64,000 nt of DNA from a virus. Taxonomy: Duplodnaviria > Caudoviricetes. Positions 61,976 through 64,000 of this stretch are shown here, one piece after another; positions within the stretch are counted from its first letter, which is position 1; each line of letters opens with the position of its first letter. The DNA is taken from positions 1 through 64,000 of IMG/VR virus record IMGVR_UViG_2974626280_000001; one strand, given 5' to 3'. The notes beneath the pieces were generated by a model. It saw only the letters and a list, made by a program, of their open reading frames with translations. It was not told the DNA's origin and ran no database searches. Position numbers and translations under genes: made by a program.

Positions 61976-63676
61976 ATGTCAGATAAAGACCCAAACAAAA
62001 ATCACTATCCTGACGATGATGATCAGGATATGTTTTCACCCGGAAACGTCCAAGACGCAGGTGAGAGCGAAGAAGCAAAGGAAGCTGAGTCACAAGCTAA
62101 GCAGACAACGTTAAACCTTCAACATCGTCGCGCCGATATCGATGCAGTACGCATGGAGTGCTACGGTGAACAAGACCTCGTTAAGAGAGCGCAAAAGCTC
62201 CAGTCTGTTGGCGGCATCAAATACGTTCACTTTAAGCCAGCACCAGGCGACTTAGGCAAGATGGGTATGACCGTGGCTAAAGCCGAATCGGAGTTGAACC
62301 GCCTCGCGGCGTTTGATGCCTTGTTCGATTTCGGGTCCGGTATCGTGCCATATCCTCACAGGGACACATTTAGAGGGCGTCTTGTCGACCACCATGGAGA
62401 AGTCCTTACCCAGAAGACGTCACAGCAGGTAGACGTTATTCAGGCCATCAACGCCGCAGGGTTAGAGAATCCGACAGCGCGTGGAGTAGGCGAGTCAATG
62501 ATGATTTGGGCTGGTCAACATAAGCGCGACGGGTTGTTGTTTAACTTTGAGCGTAACATGAAGGAATGGGACGGCGTCGAAAGGCTGGAAAATACTCTGA
62601 TAGAGTTATTCAAGCCGAAGCCAAGCGCCCTGACGCAGCTCGTTGGTAAATACTTCTGGTTGAGCCTCTACAACCGTATCACCAACCCAGGCTGTCCGGC
62701 TCCAACCTCTATTGCGTTAATCGGTACGCAGGGCGCGGGTAAGACACAATTCTCTCGCATCCTCTGTGAAACATTGATGGATGATTCTAACGTCGCGCCT
62801 ATCCCTCTGGATTGGTCGATGAAAGACTTCAACAAGTTCCTGCGAGCGATTACGGGCCAGTCAATCATCGCCAACGTCGCGGAAATGGGCGGCTTGAAGA
62901 AGGTTGACATCGAGCGTATGAAAGACTTCGCAACGCGCGACAAAGATGAACTGGACTTCAAGTTTGAAGACACGCTTATCAAGAAGCGCCAATGGATTAT
63001 CATTACAGATGGTAACTCATACGAAGGTCTTCAGCGTGATGAGACGGGCAACCGCCGTTTCTATCCGATATTTGTCGGTCAGAAAGATGATGAAAACGGA
63101 CAGCCCGCGTGGGAAGAAAACTTTGAAGTCGATTACACCGGGTTCCGCGAAAAGGTCTGGCAGATTATGGCTGAGTGCCGCGCGTGGATGGCGGAGCACG
63201 GCCAGAACGGCTATATCAAGTTAGTGGTTGACGTTCAGCGCGGCGTTCAGAACTTCTCACGCAGCGAGATGGAGAACGACCGTGGTACGATTAAGGACAT
63301 GGAGTTTGACGCTATCATGCGTGAGATTCTGTCGACCGCTCCTTATGAAAGGTCCGCGAAAAACGGTTGGATGGTATCTATCAAACATATCAACGGTCAA
63401 CTGAACAGCTACAAGCTGCCTAAGTATAACAGCGTGATCAAGTCATTCATGGCCCGCTTCAAGTACGAACCTGGGCAGATGGCGATTGGTAAAGGTTACT
63501 TCATGAAGCAGGAGCTTATGGATGGAACGCCTGAGACAGAGCTGTTACCGTTACTGGTAGACAGGTTCTGGTACAAAGGTGATGAACTTACCATTGAAGA
63601 GCGCTGCGAAGCTTTAAAAGAGCAACGTAGAAAAGTCGAACTTGAGAGAAGCCAATACGGCGGAGAAGCATTCTAA
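61976..63676 (+). CDS. VapE/virulence-associated-E-like P-loop ATPase (putative replicative helicase)
   Basis: GTQGAGKT Walker A; DETGNRRFYPI motif; start MSDKD after GAGGAAGG. Confidence 0.82.
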   Translation: MSDKDPNKNHYPDDDDQDMFSPGNVQDAGESEEAKEAESQAKQTTLNLQHRRADIDAVRMECYGEQDLVKRAQKLQSVGGIKYVHFKPAPGDLGKMGMTVAKAESELNRLAAFDALFDFGSGIVPYPHRDTFRGRLVDHHGEVLTQKTSQQVDVIQAINAAGLENPTARGVGESMMIWAGQHKRDGLLFNFERNMKEWDGVERLENTLIELFKPKPSALTQLVGKYFWLSLYNRITNPGCPAPTSIALIGTQGAGKTQFSRILCETLMDDSNVAPIPLDWSMKDFNKFLRAITGQSIIANVAEMGGLKKVDIERMKDFATRDKDELDFKFEDTLIKKRQWIIITDGNSYEGLQRDETGNRRFYPIFVGQKDDENGQPAWEENFEVDYTGFREKVWQIMAECRAWMAEHGQNGYIKLVVDVQRGVQNFSRSEMENDRGTIKDMEFDAIMREILSTAPYERSAKNGWMVSIKHINGQLNSYKLPKYNSVIKSFMARFKYEPGQMAIGKGYFMKQELMDGTPETELLPLLVDRFWYKGDELTIEERCEALKEQRRKVELERSQYGGEAF

Positions 63677-64000
63677 TGAACGAACAACGTAAAGAGTTTT
63701 TATCTGAGCTGGCCGCGCGTCTCTCTGACATCTATGCGGCGTCAAGCCCTAAGCCGTCAATGCAGACCGCTGCTAAGCTGGTGCGCTCCACCCTCGCTAA
63801 GTTCGACATCGTCGACGAAGTGAGTATCATCACGCGCAAGCTGAAAGACGGCGGCAACATCTCTATTGTCAAGGTCGGTAATCATATCATCGACATCACA
63901 TCAGAGCAGTCCTTCAGCGAAACGGAGCTTGATCACCCGCTCTTCAATTCATTCCGTGGGCGCGGTCGTGACCCTATCGACCGTGATAAGGAAGAGGGCG
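63676..64000 (+). CDS. Hypothetical protein, truncated by the window end
   Basis: ATG overlaps the previous TAA; open to the end of the window (MNEQRKEFLSELAARL...). Confidence 0.6.
   Translation, partial: MNEQRKEFLSELAARLSDIYAASSPKPSMQTAAKLVRSTLAKFDIVDEVSIITRKLKDGGNISIVKVGNHIIDITSEQSFSETELDHPLFNSFRGRGRDPIDRDKEEG

Noticed and set aside
1-64000. Lysogeny module or prophage boundaries
   Set aside because: No integrase, CI/Cro pair, att-like repeat or host gene was recognised; the window appears to be entirely lytic-phage DNA.

Overview
Nearly complete (~64 kb, ends missing) genome of a lytic contractile-tailed dsDNA phage. Gene order and motifs match PB1-like myoviruses (Lindbergviridae-type); the family call comes from motif recognition, with no database search. 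Sigma70 promoters, E. coli-type Chi sites and an EPS-depolymerase-like gene point to an Enterobacterales host. Layout: 1-10 kb putative terS, early and accessory genes; 10-39 kb terL, portal, head, tail, baseplate, fibre and GH19 endolysin; 39-57.7 kb minus-strand ligase, helicases, DnaE/DnaQ and nucleotide-metabolism genes; 57.7-64 kb RepB-type primase and VapE-type ATPase. No integrase, repressor, tRNA or CRISPR array was found. Two candidate undescribed systems stand out. (1) A gene block beside the phage DnaE: a ThyX homolog that has lost the folate-stacking His and the RHR/Ser motif, an SDR, a VOC protein, a HAD-DUF6378-like fusion, MazG-like enzymes, a UGM-like flavoprotein, and an unannotated 41-aa peptide resembling the RNR C-terminal dithiol tail. 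This may be a pre-replicative base-modification pathway. (2) A sequence-coded left-end module (1-3.6 kb): 9 co-oriented Chi sites, 14 co-oriented GCACTA boxes over terS, a ~380-nt CA-free early gene region, a 14-unit 15-bp periodic array, and an AT-rich element with a diverged copy at 17.8 kb. All counts and alignments were done by hand.
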